NCBI GenBank assembly: GCA_964016885.1
Contig: OZ024743.1
Location: 36,332,001-36,396,000 of the forward strand
Length of the DNA: 64,000 nt
Direction: 5' to 3'
From: Eledone cirrhosa
Taxonomy: Eukaryota
Part shown: positions 13,101-26,700 of the stretch, in pieces
Numbering within the stretch: the stretch's first letter is position 1
Layout of the letters: each line of letters opens with the position of its first letter
The notes under the pieces: model-generated
The model's input: only the letters and a program-made list of their open reading frames with translations
Database searches by the model: none
What the model was told of the DNA's origin: nothing
Made by a program: the position numbers and the translations under genes

Positions 13101-16100
13101 GTCTTTGTTAATGTTCCTCTACAGTCTTTGTTAATGTTCCTCTACAGTCTTTGTTAATGTTCCTCTACAGTCTTTGTTAATGTTCCTCTACAGTCTTTGT
13201 TAATGTTCCTCTAAGTCTTTGTTAATGTCCCTCTACAGTCTTTGTTAATGCTCCTCTACAGTCTTTGTTAATGTTCCTGTACAGTCCTTGTTAATGTTCC
13301 TCAATAGTCCCAGTTAATGTTCCTCTACAGTCTTTGTTAATGTTCCCCTACGTTCCTTGTTAATGTTCCTCTACAGTCTTTGTTAATGCTCCTCTACAAT
13401 CTTTGTTAATGTTCGTCTACAGTCCTTGTTAATGTTCCTCTACAGTCTTTGTTAATGTTCCTCTACAGTCTTTGTTAATGTTTCTCTACAGCCTTTGTTA
13501 ATGTTCCTCTACAGTCTTTGTTAATGTTCGTCTACAGTCTTTGTTAATGTTCCTCTACAGTCTTTGTTAATGTTCCTCTACAGTCTTTGTTAATGTTCCT
13601 CTACAGTCTTTGTTAATGTTCCTCTACAGTCTTTGTTAATGTTCCTCTACAGTCTTTGTTAATGTTCCTCTACAGTATTTGTTAATGTTCCTCTACAGTC
13701 TTTGTTAATGTTCCTCTACAGTCCTTGTTAATGTTCCTCTACAGTCTTTGTTAATGTTCCCCTACAGTCTTTGTTAATATACCTCTACAGTCTTTGTTAA
13801 TGTTCCTCTACAGTCTTTGTTAATGTTCCTCTACAGTCTTTGTTAATGTTCGTCTACAGTCTTTGTTAATGTTCCTCTACAGTCTTTGTTAATGTTCCTA
13901 TACAGTCCTTGTTAATGTTCCTCTACAGTCCTTGTAAATGTTCCTCTACAGTCTTTGTTAATGTTCCTGTACAGTCTTTGTTAATATACCTCTACAGTCT
14001 TTGTTAATGTTCCTCTACAGTCCTTGATAATGTTCCTCTACAGTCTTTGTTAATGTTCCTCTACAGTCTTTGTTAATGTTCCTATACAATCCTTGTTAAT
14101 GTTCCTCTACAGTCCTTGTAAATGTTCCTCTACAGTCTTTGATAATGTTCATGTACAGTCTTTGTTAATATACCTCTACAGTCTTTGTTAATGTTCCTCT
14201 ACAGCCCTTGTTAATATTCCTCTACAGTCTTTGTTAATGTTCCTCTACAGTCTTTGTTAATGTTCCTCTACAGTGTTTGTTAATGTTCCTCTACAGTCTT
14301 TGTTAATGTTCTTCTACAGTCGTTGCTAATGTTCCTCTACAGTCTTTGTTAATGTTCCTCTACAGTCTTTGTAAATGTTCCTCTACAGTCCTTGTTAATG
14401 TTCCTCTACAGTCTTTGTTAATGTTCCTCTACAGTCTTTGTTAATGTTCCTCTACAGTCCTTGTTAATATTCCTCTACAATCTTTGTTAATGTTCCTCTA
14501 CAGTCTTTGTTAATGTTCCTCTACAGTCTTTGTTAATGTTCCTCTACAGTCTTTGTTAATGTTCCTCTACAATCTTTGTTAATGTTCCTCTACAGTCTTT
14601 GTTAATGTTCCTCTACAGTCTTTGTTAATGTTCTTCTACAGTCTTTGTTAATGCTCCTCTACAGTATTTGTTAATGTTCCTCTACAGTTTTTGTGAATGT
14701 TCCTCTACAGTCTTTGTTAATGTTCCTCTACAGTCTTTGTTAATGTTCCTCTACAGTCTTTGTTAATGTTCCTCTACAGTCTTTGTTAATGTTCCTCTAC
14801 AGTCTTTGTTAACGTTCCTCTAGAGTGCCAGTTAATGTTCTTCTACAGTCTATTTTAATGTTCCTCTATAGTCCCAGTTAATGTTCCTCTACAGTCCTTG
14901 TTAATGTTCCTCTACAGTCTTTGTTAATGTTCCTCTACAGTCCTTGTTAATGTTCCTCTACAGTCTTTGTTAATGTTCCTCTACAGTCTTTGTTAATGTT
15001 CCTCTACAGTCTTTGTTAATGTTCCTCTACAGTCTTTGTTAATGTTCCTCTACAGTCTTTGTTAATGTTCCTCTAAGTCTTTGTTAATGTTCCTCTACAG
15101 TCTTTGTTAATGCTCCTCTACAGTCTTTGTTAATGTTCCTGTACAGTCCTTGTTAATGTTCCTCAATAGTCCCAGTTAATGTTCCTCTACAGTCTTTGTT
15201 AATGTTCCTCTACGTTCTTTGTTAATGTTCCTCTACAGTCTTTGTTAATGCTCCTCTACAGTCTTTGTTAATGTTCGTCTACAGTCCTTGTTAATGTTCC
15301 TCTACAGTCTTTGTTAATGTTCCTCTACAGTCTTTGTTAATGTTTCTCTACAGCCTTTGTTAATGTTCCTCTACAGTCTTTGTTAATGTTCGTCTACAGT
15401 CTTTGTTAATGTTCCTCTACAGTCTTTGTTAATGTTCCTCTACAGTCTTTGTTAATGTTCCTCTACAGTCTTTGTTAATGTTCCTCTACAGTCTTTGTTA
15501 ATGTTCCTCTACAGTCTTTGTTAATGTTCCTCTACAGTATTTGTTAATGTTCCTCTACAGTCTTTGTTAATGTTCCTCTACAGTCTTTGTTAATGTTCTT
15601 CTACAGTCTTTGTTAATGCTCCTCTACAGTATTTGTTAATGTTCGTCTACAGTCTTTGTTAATGTTCCTCTACAGTCTTTGTTAATGTTCCTCTACAGTC
15701 ATTGTTAATGTTCCTCTACAGTCTTTGTTAATCTTCCTGTACAGTCTTTGATAATGTTCCTCTACAGTCTTTGTTAATGTTCATCTACAGTCCTTGTTAA
15801 TTTTCCTCTATAGTCCTTGTTAAAGTTCCTCTACAGTCCTTGTTAATGTTCCTCTACAGTCCTTGTTAATGTTCCTCTACAGTCCTTGTTAATGTTCCTC
15901 TACATTCCTTATTAATGTTCCTCTACAGTCCTTGTTAATGTTTCTCTACAGTCTTTGTTAATGTTCCTCTACAGTCTTTGTTAATGTTCCTCTACAGTCC
16001 TTGTTAATGTTCCTCTACAGTCTTTGTTAATGTTCCCCTACAGTCTTTGTTAATATACCTCTACAGTCTTTGTTAATGTTCCTCTACAGTCTTTGTTAAT

Positions 16101-19100
16101 GTTCCTCTACAGTCTTTGTTAATGTTCGTCTACAGTCTTTGTTAATGTTCCTCTACAATCTTTGTTAATGTTCCTATACAGTCCTTGTTAATGTTCCTCT
16201 ACAGTCCTTGTAAATGTTCCTCTACAGTCTTTGTTAATGTTCCTGTACAGTCTTTGTTAATATACCTCTACAGTCTTTGTTAATGTTCCTCTACAGTCCT
16301 TGATAATGTTCCTCTACAGTCTTTGTTAATGTTCCTCTACAGTCTTTGTTAATGTTCCTATACAATCCTTGTTAATGTTCCTCTACAGTCCTTGTAAATG
16401 TTCCTCTACAGTCTTTGATAATGTTCATGTACAGTCTTTGTTAATATACCTCTACAGTCTTTGTTAATGTTCCTCTACAGCCCTTGTTAATATTCCTCTA
16501 CAGTCTTTGTTAATGTTCCTCTACAGTCTTTGTTAATGTTCCTCTACAGTGTTTGTTAATGTTCCTCTACAGTCTTTGTTAATGTTCTTCTACAGTCGTT
16601 GCTAATGTTCCTCTACAGTCTTTGTTAATGTTCCTCTACAGTCTTTGTTAATGTTCCTCTACAGTCTTTGTTAATGTTCCTCTACAGTCATTGTTACTGT
16701 TCCTCTACAGTCTTTGTTAATGTTCCTCTACAGTCCTTGTTAATGTTCCTCTACAGTCTTTGTTAATGCTCCTCTACAGTCTTTGTTAATGTTCGTCTAC
16801 AGTCCTTGTTAATGTTCCTCTACAGTCTTTGTTAATGTTCCTCTACAGTCTTTGTTAATGTTTCTCTACAGCCTTTGTTAATGTTCCTCTACAGTCTTTG
16901 TTAATGTTCGTCTACAGTCTTTGTTAATGTTCCTCTACAGTCTTTGTTAATGTTCCTCTACAGTCTTTGTTAATGTTCCTCTACAGTCTTTGTTAATGTT
17001 CCTCTACAGTCTTTGTTAATGTTCCTCTACAGTCTTTGTTAATGTTCCTCTACAGTATTTGTTAATGTTCCTCTACAGTCTTTGTTAATGTTCCTCTACA
17101 GTCTTTGTTAATGTTCTTCTACAGTCTTTGTTAATGCTCCTCTACAGTATTTGTTAATGTTCGTCTACAGTCTTTGTTAATGTTCCTCTACAGTCTTTGT
17201 TAATGTTCCTCTACAGTCATTGTTAATGTTCCTCTACAGTCTTTGTTAATGTTCCTGTACAGTCTTTGATAATGTTCCTCTACAGTCTTTGTTAATGTTC
17301 ATCTACAGTCCTTGTTAATTTTCCTCTATAGTCCTTGTTAAAGTTCCTCTACAGTCCTTGTTAATGTTCCTCTACAGTCCTTGTTAATGTTCCTCTACAG
17401 TCCTTGTTAATGTTCCTCTACATTCCTTATTAATGTTCCTCTACAGTCCTTGTTAATGTTTCTCTACAGTCTTTGTTAATGTTCCTCTACAGTCTTTGTT
17501 AATGTTCCTCTACAGTCCTTGTTAATGTTCCTCTACAGTCTTTGTTAATGTTCCCCTACAGTCTTTGTTAATATACCTCTACAGTCTTTGTTAATGTTCC
17601 TCTACAGTCTTTGTTAATGTTCCTCTACAGTCTTTGTTAATGTTCGTCTACAGTCTTTGTTAATGTTCCTCTACAGTCTTTGTTAATGTTCCTATACAGT
17701 CCTTGTTAATGTTCCTCTACAGTCCTTGTAAATGTTCCTCTACAGTCTTTGTTAATGTTCCTGTACAGTCTTTGTTAATATACCTCTACAGTCTTTGTTA
17801 ATGTTCCTCTACAGTCCTTGATAATGTTCCTCTACAGTCTTTGTTAATGTTCCTCTACAGTCTTTGTTAATGTTCCTATACAATCCTTGTTAATGTTCCT
17901 CTACAGTCCTTGTAAATGTTCCTCTACAGTCTTTGATAATGTTCATGTACAGTCTTTGTTAATATACCTCTACAGTCTTTGTTAATGTTCCTCTACAGCC
18001 CTTGTTAATATTCCTCTACAGTCTTTGTTAATGTTCCTCTACAGTCTTTGTTAATGTTCCTCTACAGTGTTTGTTAATGTTCCTCTACAGTCTTTGTTAA
18101 TGTTCTTCTACAGTCGTTGCTAATGTTCCTCTACAGTCTTTGTTAATGTTCCTCTACAGTCTTTGTAAATGTTCCTCTACAGTCCTTGTTAATGTTCCTC
18201 TACAGTCTTTGTTAATGTTCCTCTACAGTCTTTGTTAATGTTCCTCTACAGTCCTTGTTAATATTCCTCTACAATCTTTGTTAATGTTCCTCTACAGTCT
18301 TTGTTAATGTTCCTCTACAGTCTTTGTTAATGTTCCTCTACAGTCTTTGTTAATGTTCCTCTACAATCTTTGTTAATGTTCCTCTACAGTCTTTGTTAAT
18401 GTTCCTCTACAGTCTTTGTTAATGTTCTTCTACAGTCTTTGTTAATGCTCCTCTACAGTATTTGTTAATGTTCCTCTACAGTTTTTGTGAATGTTCCTCT
18501 ACAGTCTTTGTTAATGTTCCTCTACAGTCTTTGTTAATGTTCCTCTACAGTCTTTGTTAATGTTCCTCTACAGTCTTTGTTAATGTTCCTCTACAGTCTT
18601 TGTTAACGTTCCTCTAGAGTGCCAGTTAATGTTCTTCTACAGTCTATTTTAATGTTCCTCTATAGTCCCAGTTAATGTTCCTCTACAGTCCTTGTTAATG
18701 TTCCTCTACAGTCTTTGTTAATGTTCCTCTACAGTCCTTGTTAATGTTCCTCTACAGTCTTTGTTAATGTTCCTCTACAGTCTTTGTTAATGTTCCTCTA
18801 CAGTCTTTGTTAATGTTCCTCTACAGTCTTTGTTAATGTTGCTCTACAGTCTTTGTTAATGTTCCTCTAAGTCTTTGTTAATGTCCCTCTACAGTCTTTG
18901 TTAATGCTCCTCTACAGTCTTTGTTAATGTTCCTGTACAGTCCTTGTTAATGTTCCTCAATAGTCCCAGTTAATGTTCCTCTACAGTCTTTGTTAATGTT
19001 CCTCTACGTTCCTTGTTAATGTTCCTCTACAGTCTTTGTTAATGCTCCTCTACAGTCTTTGTTAATGTTCGTCTACAGTCCTTGTTAATGTTCCTCTACA

Positions 19101-22100
19101 GTCTTTGTTAATGTTCCTCTACAGTCTTTGTTAATGTTTCTCTACAGCCTTTGTTAATGTTCCTCTACAGTCTTTGTTAATGTTCGTCTACAGTCTTTGT
19201 TAATGTTCCTCTACAGTCTTTGTTAATGTTCCTCTACAGTCTTTGTTAATGTTCCTCTACAGTCTTTGTTAATGTTCCTCTACAGTCTTTGTTAATGTTC
19301 CTCTACAGTCTTTGTTAATGTTCCTCTACAGTATTTGTTAATGTTCCTCTACAGTCTTTGTTAATGTTCCTCTACAATCATTGTTAATGTTCCTCTACAG
19401 TCTTTGATAATGTTCCTCTACAGTCTTTGTAAATGTTCCTCTACAGTCCTTGTTAATGTTCCTCTACAGTCTTTGTTAATGTTCCTCTACAGTCTTTGTT
19501 AATGTTCCTCTACAGTCCTTGTTAATATTCCTCTACAATCTTTGTTAATGTTCCTCTACAGTCTTTGTTAATGTTCCTCTACAGTCTTTGTTAATGTTCC
19601 TCTACAGTCTTTGTTAATGTTCCTCTACAATCTTTGTTAATGTTCCTCTACAGTCTTTGTTAATGTTCCTCTACAGTCTTTGTTAATGTTCTTCTACAGT
19701 CTTTGTTAATGCTCCTCTACAGTATTTGTTAATGTTCCTCTACAGTTTTTGTGAATGTTCCTCTACAGTCTTTGTTAATGTTCCTCTACAGTCTTTGTTA
19801 ATGTTCCTCTACAGTCTTTGTTAATGTTCCTCTACAGTCTTTGTTAATGTTCCTCTACAGTCTTTGTTAATGTTCCTCTACAGTCTTTGTTAATGTTCCT
19901 CTACAGTCTTTGTTAACGTTCCTCTAGAGTGCCAGTTAATGTTCTTCTACAGTCTATTTTAATGTTCCTCTATAGTCCCAGTTAATGTTCCTCTACAGTC
20001 CTTGTTAATGTTCCTCTACAGTCTTTGTTAATGTTCCTCTACAGTCCTTGTTAATGTTCCTCTACAGTCTTTGTTAATGTTCCTCTACAGTCTTTGTTAA
20101 TGTTCCTCTACAGTCTTTGTTAATGTTCCTCTACAGTCTTTGTTAATGTTCCTCTACAGTCTTTGTTAATGTTCCTCTAAGTCTTTGTTAATGTCCCTCT
20201 ACAGTCTTTGTTAATGCTCCTCTACAGTCTTTGTTAATGTTCCTGTACAGTCCTTGTTAATGTTCCTCAATAGTCCCAGTTAATGTTCCTCTACAGTCTT
20301 TGTTAATGTTCCCCTACGTTCCTTGTTAATGTTCCTCTACAGTCTTTGTTAATGCTCCTCTACAATCTTTGTTAATGTTCGTCTACAGTCCTTGTTAATG
20401 TTCCTCTACAGTCTTTGTTAATGTTCCTCTACAGTCTTTGTTAATGTTTCTCTACAGCCTTTGTTAATGTTCCTCTACAGTCTTTGTTAATGTTCGTCTA
20501 CAGTCTTTGTTAATGTTCCTCTACAGTCTTTGTTAATGTTCCTCTACAGTCTTTGTTAATGTTCCTCTACAGTCTTTGTTAATGTTCCTCTACAGTCTTT
20601 GTTAATGTTCCTCTACAGTCTTTGTTAATGTTCCTCTACAGTATTTGTTAATGTTCCTCTACAGTCTTTGTTAATGTTCCTCTACAGTCCTTGTTAATGT
20701 TCCTCTACAGTCTTTGTTAATGTTCCCCTACAGTCTTTGTTAATATACCTCTACAGTCTTTGTTAATGTTCCTCTACAGTCTTTGTTAATGTTCCTCTAC
20801 AGTCTTTGTTAATGTTCGTCTACAGTCTTTGTTAATGTTCCTCTACAGTCTTTGTTAATGTTCCTATACAGTCCTTGTTAATGTTCCTCTACAGTCCTTG
20901 TAAATGTTCCTCTACAGTCTTTGTTAATGTTCCTGTACAGTCTTTGTTAATATACCTCTACAGTCTTTGTTAATGTTCCTCTACAGTCCTTGATAATGTT
21001 CCTCTACAGTCTTTGTTAATGTTCCTCTACAGTCTTTGTTAATGTTCCTATACAATCCTTGTTAATGTTCCTCTACAGTCCTTGTAAATGTTCCTCTACA
21101 GTCTTTGATAATGTTCATGTACAGTCTTTGTTAATATACCTCTACAGTCTTTGTTAATGTTCCTCTACAGCCCTTGTTAATATTCCTCTACAGTCTTTGT
21201 TAATGTTCCTCTACAGTCTTTGTTAATGTTCCTCTACAGTGTTTGTTAATGTTCCTCTACAGTCTTTGTTAATGTTCTTCTACAGTCGTTGCTAATGTTC
21301 CTCTACAGTCTTTGTTAATGTTCCTCTACAGTCTTTGTAAATGTTCCTCTACAGTCCTTGTTAATGTTCCTCTACAGTCTTTGTTAATGTTCCTCTACAG
21401 TCTTTGTTAATGTTCCTCTACAGTCCTTGTTAATATTCCTCTACAATCTTTGTTAATGTTCCTCTACAGTCTTTGTTAATGTTCCTCTACAGTCTTTGTT
21501 AATGTTCCTCTACAGTCTTTGTTAATGTTCCTCTACAATCTTTGTTAATGTTCCTCTACAGTCTTTGTTAATGTTCCTCTACAGTCTTTGTTAATGTTCT
21601 TCTACAGTCTTTGTTAATGCTCCTCTACAGTATTTGTTAATGTTCCTCTACAGTTTTTGTGAATGTTCCTCTACAGTCTTTGTTAATGTTCCTCTACAGT
21701 CTTTGTTAATGTTCCTCTACAGTCTTTGTTAATGTTCCTCTACAGTCTTTGTTAATGTTCCTCTACAGTCTTTGTTAACGTTCCTCTAGAGTGCCAGTTA
21801 ATGTTCTTCTACAGTCTATTTTAATGTTCCTCTATAGTCCCAGTTAATGTTCCTCTACAGTCCTTGTTAATGTTCCTCTACAGTCTTTGTTAATGTTCCT
21901 CTACAGTCCTTGTTAATGTTCCTCTACAGTCTTTGTTAATGTTCCTCTACAGTCTTTGTTAATGTTCCTCTACAGTCTTTGTTAATGTTCCTCTACAGTC
22001 TTTGTTAATGTTCCTCTACAGTCTTTGTTAATGTTCCTCTAAGTCTTTGTTAATGTTCCTCTACAGTCTTTGTTAATGCTCCTCTACAGTCTTTGTTAAT

Positions 22101-23706
22101 GTTCCTGTACAGTCCTTGTTAATGTTCCTCAATAGTCCCAGTTAATGTTCCTCTACAGTCTTTGTTAATGTTCCTCTACGTTCTTTGTTAATGTTCCTCT
22201 ACAGTCTTTGTTAATGCTCCTCTACAGTCTTTGTTAATGTTCGTCTACAGTCCTTGTTAATGTTCCTCTACAGTCTTTGTTAATGTTCCTCTACAGTCTT
22301 TGTTAATGTTTCTCTACAGCCTTTGTTAATGTTCCTCTACAGTCTTTGTTAATGTTCGTCTACAGTCTTTGTTAATGTTCCTCTACAGTCTTTGTTAATG
22401 TTCCTCTACAGTCTTTGTTAATGTTCCTCTACAGTCTTTGTTAATGTTCCTCTACAGTCTTTGTTAATGTTCCTCTACAGTCTTTGTTAATGTTCCTCTA
22501 CAGTATTTGTTAATGTTCCTCTACAGTCTTTGTTAATGTTCCTCTACAGTCTTTGTTAATGTTCTTCTACAGTCTTTGTTAATGCTCCTCTACAGTATTT
22601 GTTAATGTTCGTCTACAGTCTTTGTTAATGTTCCTCTACAGTCTTTGTTAATGTTCCTCTACAGTCATTGTTAATGTTCCTCTACAGTCTTTGTTAATCT
22701 TCCTGTACAGTCTTTGATAATGTTCCTCTACAGTCTTTGTTAATGTTCATCTACAGTCCTTGTTAATTTTCCTCTATAGTCCTTGTTAAAGTTCCTCTAC
22801 AGTCCTTGTTAATGTTCCTCTACAGTCCTTGTTAATGTTCCTCTACAGTCCTTGTTAATGTTCCTCTACATTCCTTATTAATGTTCCTCTACAGTCCTTG
22901 TTAATGTTTCTCTACAGTCTTTGTTAATGTTCCTCTACAGTCTTTGTTAATGTTCCTCTACAGTCCTTGTTAATGTTCCTCTACAGTCTTTGTTAATGTT
23001 CCCCTACAGTCTTTGTTAATATACCTCTACAGTCTTTGTTAATGTTCCTCTACAGTCTTTGTTAATGTTCCTCTACAGTCTTTGTTAATGTTCGTCTACA
23101 GTCTTTGTTAATGTTCCTCTACAGTCTTTGTTAATGTTCCTATACAGTCCTTGTTAATGTTCCTCTACAGTCCTTGTAAATGTTCCTCTACAGTCTTTGT
23201 TAATGTTCCTGTACAGTCTTTGTTAATATACCTCTACAGTCTTTGTTAATGTTCCTCTACAGTCCTTGATAATGTTCCTCTACAGTCTTTGTTAATGTTC
23301 CTCTACAGTCTTTGTTAATGTTCCTATACAATCCTTGTTAATGTTCCTCTACAGTCCTTGTAAATGTTCCTCTACAGTCTTTGATAATGTTCATGTACAG
23401 TCTTTGTTAATATACCTCTACAGTCTTTGTTAATGTTCCTCTACAGCCCTTGTTAATATTCCTCTACAGTCTTTGTTAATGTTCCTCTACAGTCTTTGTT
23501 AATGTTCCTCTACAGTGTTTGTTAATGTTCCTCTACAGTCTTTGTTAATGTTCTTCTACAGTCGTTGCTAATGTTCCTCTACAGTCTTTGTTAATGTTCC
23601 TCTACAGTCTTTGTTAATGTTCCTCTACAGTCTTTGTTAATGTTCCTCTACAGTCATTGTTACTGTTCCTCTACAGTCTTTGTTAATGTTCCTCTACAGT
23701 CCTTGA
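9775..23706 (+). repeat. Near-identical tandem duplication of a 6966-bp unit (303 monomers minus 3 bp): ~9775-16740 and ~16741-23706
   Basis: Markers recur at +6966: AATGCTCC (9803/16769), CGTTCCTCTAGAGTGCC (11641/18607, 12951/19917, 14813/21779), private GTTGCTCT (11875/18841), private AATCTTCCTGT (15733/22699), CAGTCATTGTTACTG (16690/23656). Confidence 0.93.
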
Positions 23707-26700
23707 GGATGTTCTTCTACAGTCTTTGATAATGTTCCTCTACAGTCCTCGTTAATGTTCCTCTACAGTCCTTGTTAATGTTCCTCTACAATCTTTGTTA
23801 ATGTTCCTCTACAGTCTTTGATAATGTTCCTCTACAGTCTTTGTAAATGTTCCTCTACAGTCCTTGTTAATGTTCCTCTACAGTCTTTGTTAATGTTCCT
23901 CTACAGTCTTTGTTAATGTTCCTCTACAGTCCTTGAGAATGTTCTTCTACAGTCGTTGCTAATGTTCCTCTACAGTTTTTGTTAATGTTCCTCTACAATC
24001 TTTGTTAATGTTCCTCTACAGTCTTTGTTAATGTTCCTCTACAGACTTTGTTAATGTTCCTCTACAGTCTTTGTTAATGTTCCTCTACAGTCTTTGTTAA
24101 TGTTCCTCTACAGTCTTTGTTAATGTTCTTCTACAATCGTTGCTAATGTTCCTCTACAGTCTTTGTTAATGTTCCTCTACAGTCTTTGTTAATGTTCCTC
24201 TACAGCCTTTGTTAACGTTCCTCTACAGTCATCGTTACTGTTCCTCTACAGTCTTTGTTAATGTTCCTCTACAGTCCTTGAGAATGTTCTTCTACAGTCT
24301 TTGATAATGTTCCTCTACAGTCCTCGTTAATGTTCCTCTACAGTCCTTGTTAATGTTCTTCTACAGTCTTTGTTAATGTTCCTCTACAGTCCTTGAGAAT
24401 GTTCTTCTACAGTCTTTGATATTGTTCCTCTACAGTCCTTGTTAATGTTCGTCTACAGTCCTTGAGAATGTTCTTCTACAGTCTTTGATAATGTTCCTCT
24501 ACAGTCATTGTTACTGTTCCTCTACAGTCTTTGTTAATGTTCCTCTACAGTCCTTGAGAATGTTCTTCTACAGTCTTTGATAATGATCCTCTACAGTCCT
24601 CGTTAATGTTCCTCTACAGTCCTTGTTAATGTTCTTCTACAGTCTTTGTTAATGTTCCTCTACAGTCCTTGAGAATGTTCTTCTACAGTCTTTGATATTG
24701 TTACTCTACAGTCCTTGTTAATGTTCGTCTACAGTCCTTGAGAATGTTCTTCTACAGTCTTTGATAATGTTCCTCTACAGTCCTTGTAAATGTTCCTCTA
24801 CAGTCTATTTTCATGTTCCACTACTGTTATTTGTTAATGTTCCTCTATAGTCTTTGTTAATGTTCCTCTACAGTCTTTGTTAATGTTCCTCTACAGTCTT
24901 TGTTAATGTTCCTCTACAGTCTTTGTTAATGTTCCTCTACAGTCTTTGTTAATGTTCCTCTACAGTCTTTGTTAATGTTCCTCTGCAGTCTTTGTTAATG
25001 TTCCTCTACAGTCCTTGTTAATGTTCCTCTATAGTCCCAGTTAATGTTCCTCTACAGTCTTTGTTAATGTTCCTCTACAGTCTTTGTTAATGTTCCTCTA
25101 CAGTCTTTGTTAATGCTCCTCTACAGTCTTTGTTAATGTTCGTCTACAGTCCTTGTTAATGTTCCTCTACAGTCTTTGTTAATGTTCCTCTACAGTCTTT
25201 GTTAATGTTCCTCTACAGTCTTTGTTAATGTTCCTCTACAGTCCCAGTTAATGTTCTTCTACAGTATCTTTTAATGTTCCTCTATAGTCCCAGTTAATAT
25301 TCCTCTACAGTCCTTGTTAATGCTCCTCTACAGTCTTTGTTAATGTTCCTCTACTGTCCTTGTTAATGTTCCTCTATGGTCACAGTTAATGTTCCTCTAC
25401 AGTCTTTGTTAATGTTCCTCTACAGTCTTTGTTAATGTTCCTCTACAGTCCGAGTTAATGTTCCTCTACAGTCTTTGTTAATGTTCCTCTACAGTCTTTG
25501 TTAATGTTCCTGGACAGTTCTTGTTAATGTTCCTCTATAGTCCCAGTTAATGTTCCTCTACAGTCCTTGTTAATGTTCCTCTACAGTCTTTGTTAATGTT
25601 CCTGTACAGTCCTTGATAATATTCCTCTATAGTCCCAGTTAATGTTCCTCTACAGTCTTTGTTAATGTTCCTGTACAGTCCCTGTTAATGTTCCTCTATA
25701 GTCACAGTTAATGTTCCTCTACAGTCCTTGTTAATGTTCCTCTACAGTCTTTGTTACTATTCCTCTACAGTCTTTGTTAATGTTCCTCTACAGTCTTTTT
25801 TAATGTTCCTCTACAGTCCTTGTTAATGTCCCTCTACAGTCTTTGTTAATGTTCCTCTACACTCTTTGTTAATGTTCCTCTACAGTCCCAGTTAATGTTC
25901 CTCTACAGTCTCTGTTAATGTTCCTCTACAGTCTTTGTTAATGTTCCTCTACAGTCCTTGTTAATGTTCCTCTACAGTTTTTGTTAATGTTCCTCTACAA
26001 TCTTTGTTAATGTTCCTCTACAGTCTTTGATAATGTTCCTCTACAGTCTTTGTTAATGTTCCTCTACAGTCCTTGTTAATGTTCCTCTACAATCTTTGTT
26101 AATGTTCCTCTACAGTCTTTGTTAATGTTCCTCTACAGTCCTTATTAATGTTCCTCTACAGTCCTTGTTAATGTTCCTCTACAGTCTTTGTTAATGTTCC
26201 TCTACAGTCCTTGTTAATGTTCCTCTACAGTTTTTGTTAATGTTCCTGTACAATCTTTGTTAATGTTCCTCTGCAGTCTTTGTTAATGTTCCTCTACAGT
26301 CGTTGTTAATGTTCCTCTACAGTCTTTGTTAATGTTCCTCTACAGTCGTTGTTAATGTTCCTCTACAGTCGTTGTTAATGTTCCTCTACAGTCTCTGTTA
26401 ATGTTCCTCTACAGTCTTTGTTAATGTTCCTCTACGGTCCTTGTTAATGTTCCTCTACAGTTTTTGTTAATGTTCCTCTACTGTCTTTGTTAATGTTCCT
26501 CTACAGTCTTTGATAATGTTCCTCAACATTCTTTATTAATGTTCCCCTACAGTCTTTGTTAATGTTCCTCTACAGTCTTTGTTAATGTTCCTCTACAGTC
26601 TTTGTTAATGTTCCTCTACAGTCTTTGTTAATGTTCCTCTACAGTCTTTGTTAATGTTCCTCTACAGTCTTTGTTAATGTTCCTCTACAGTCTTTGTTAA

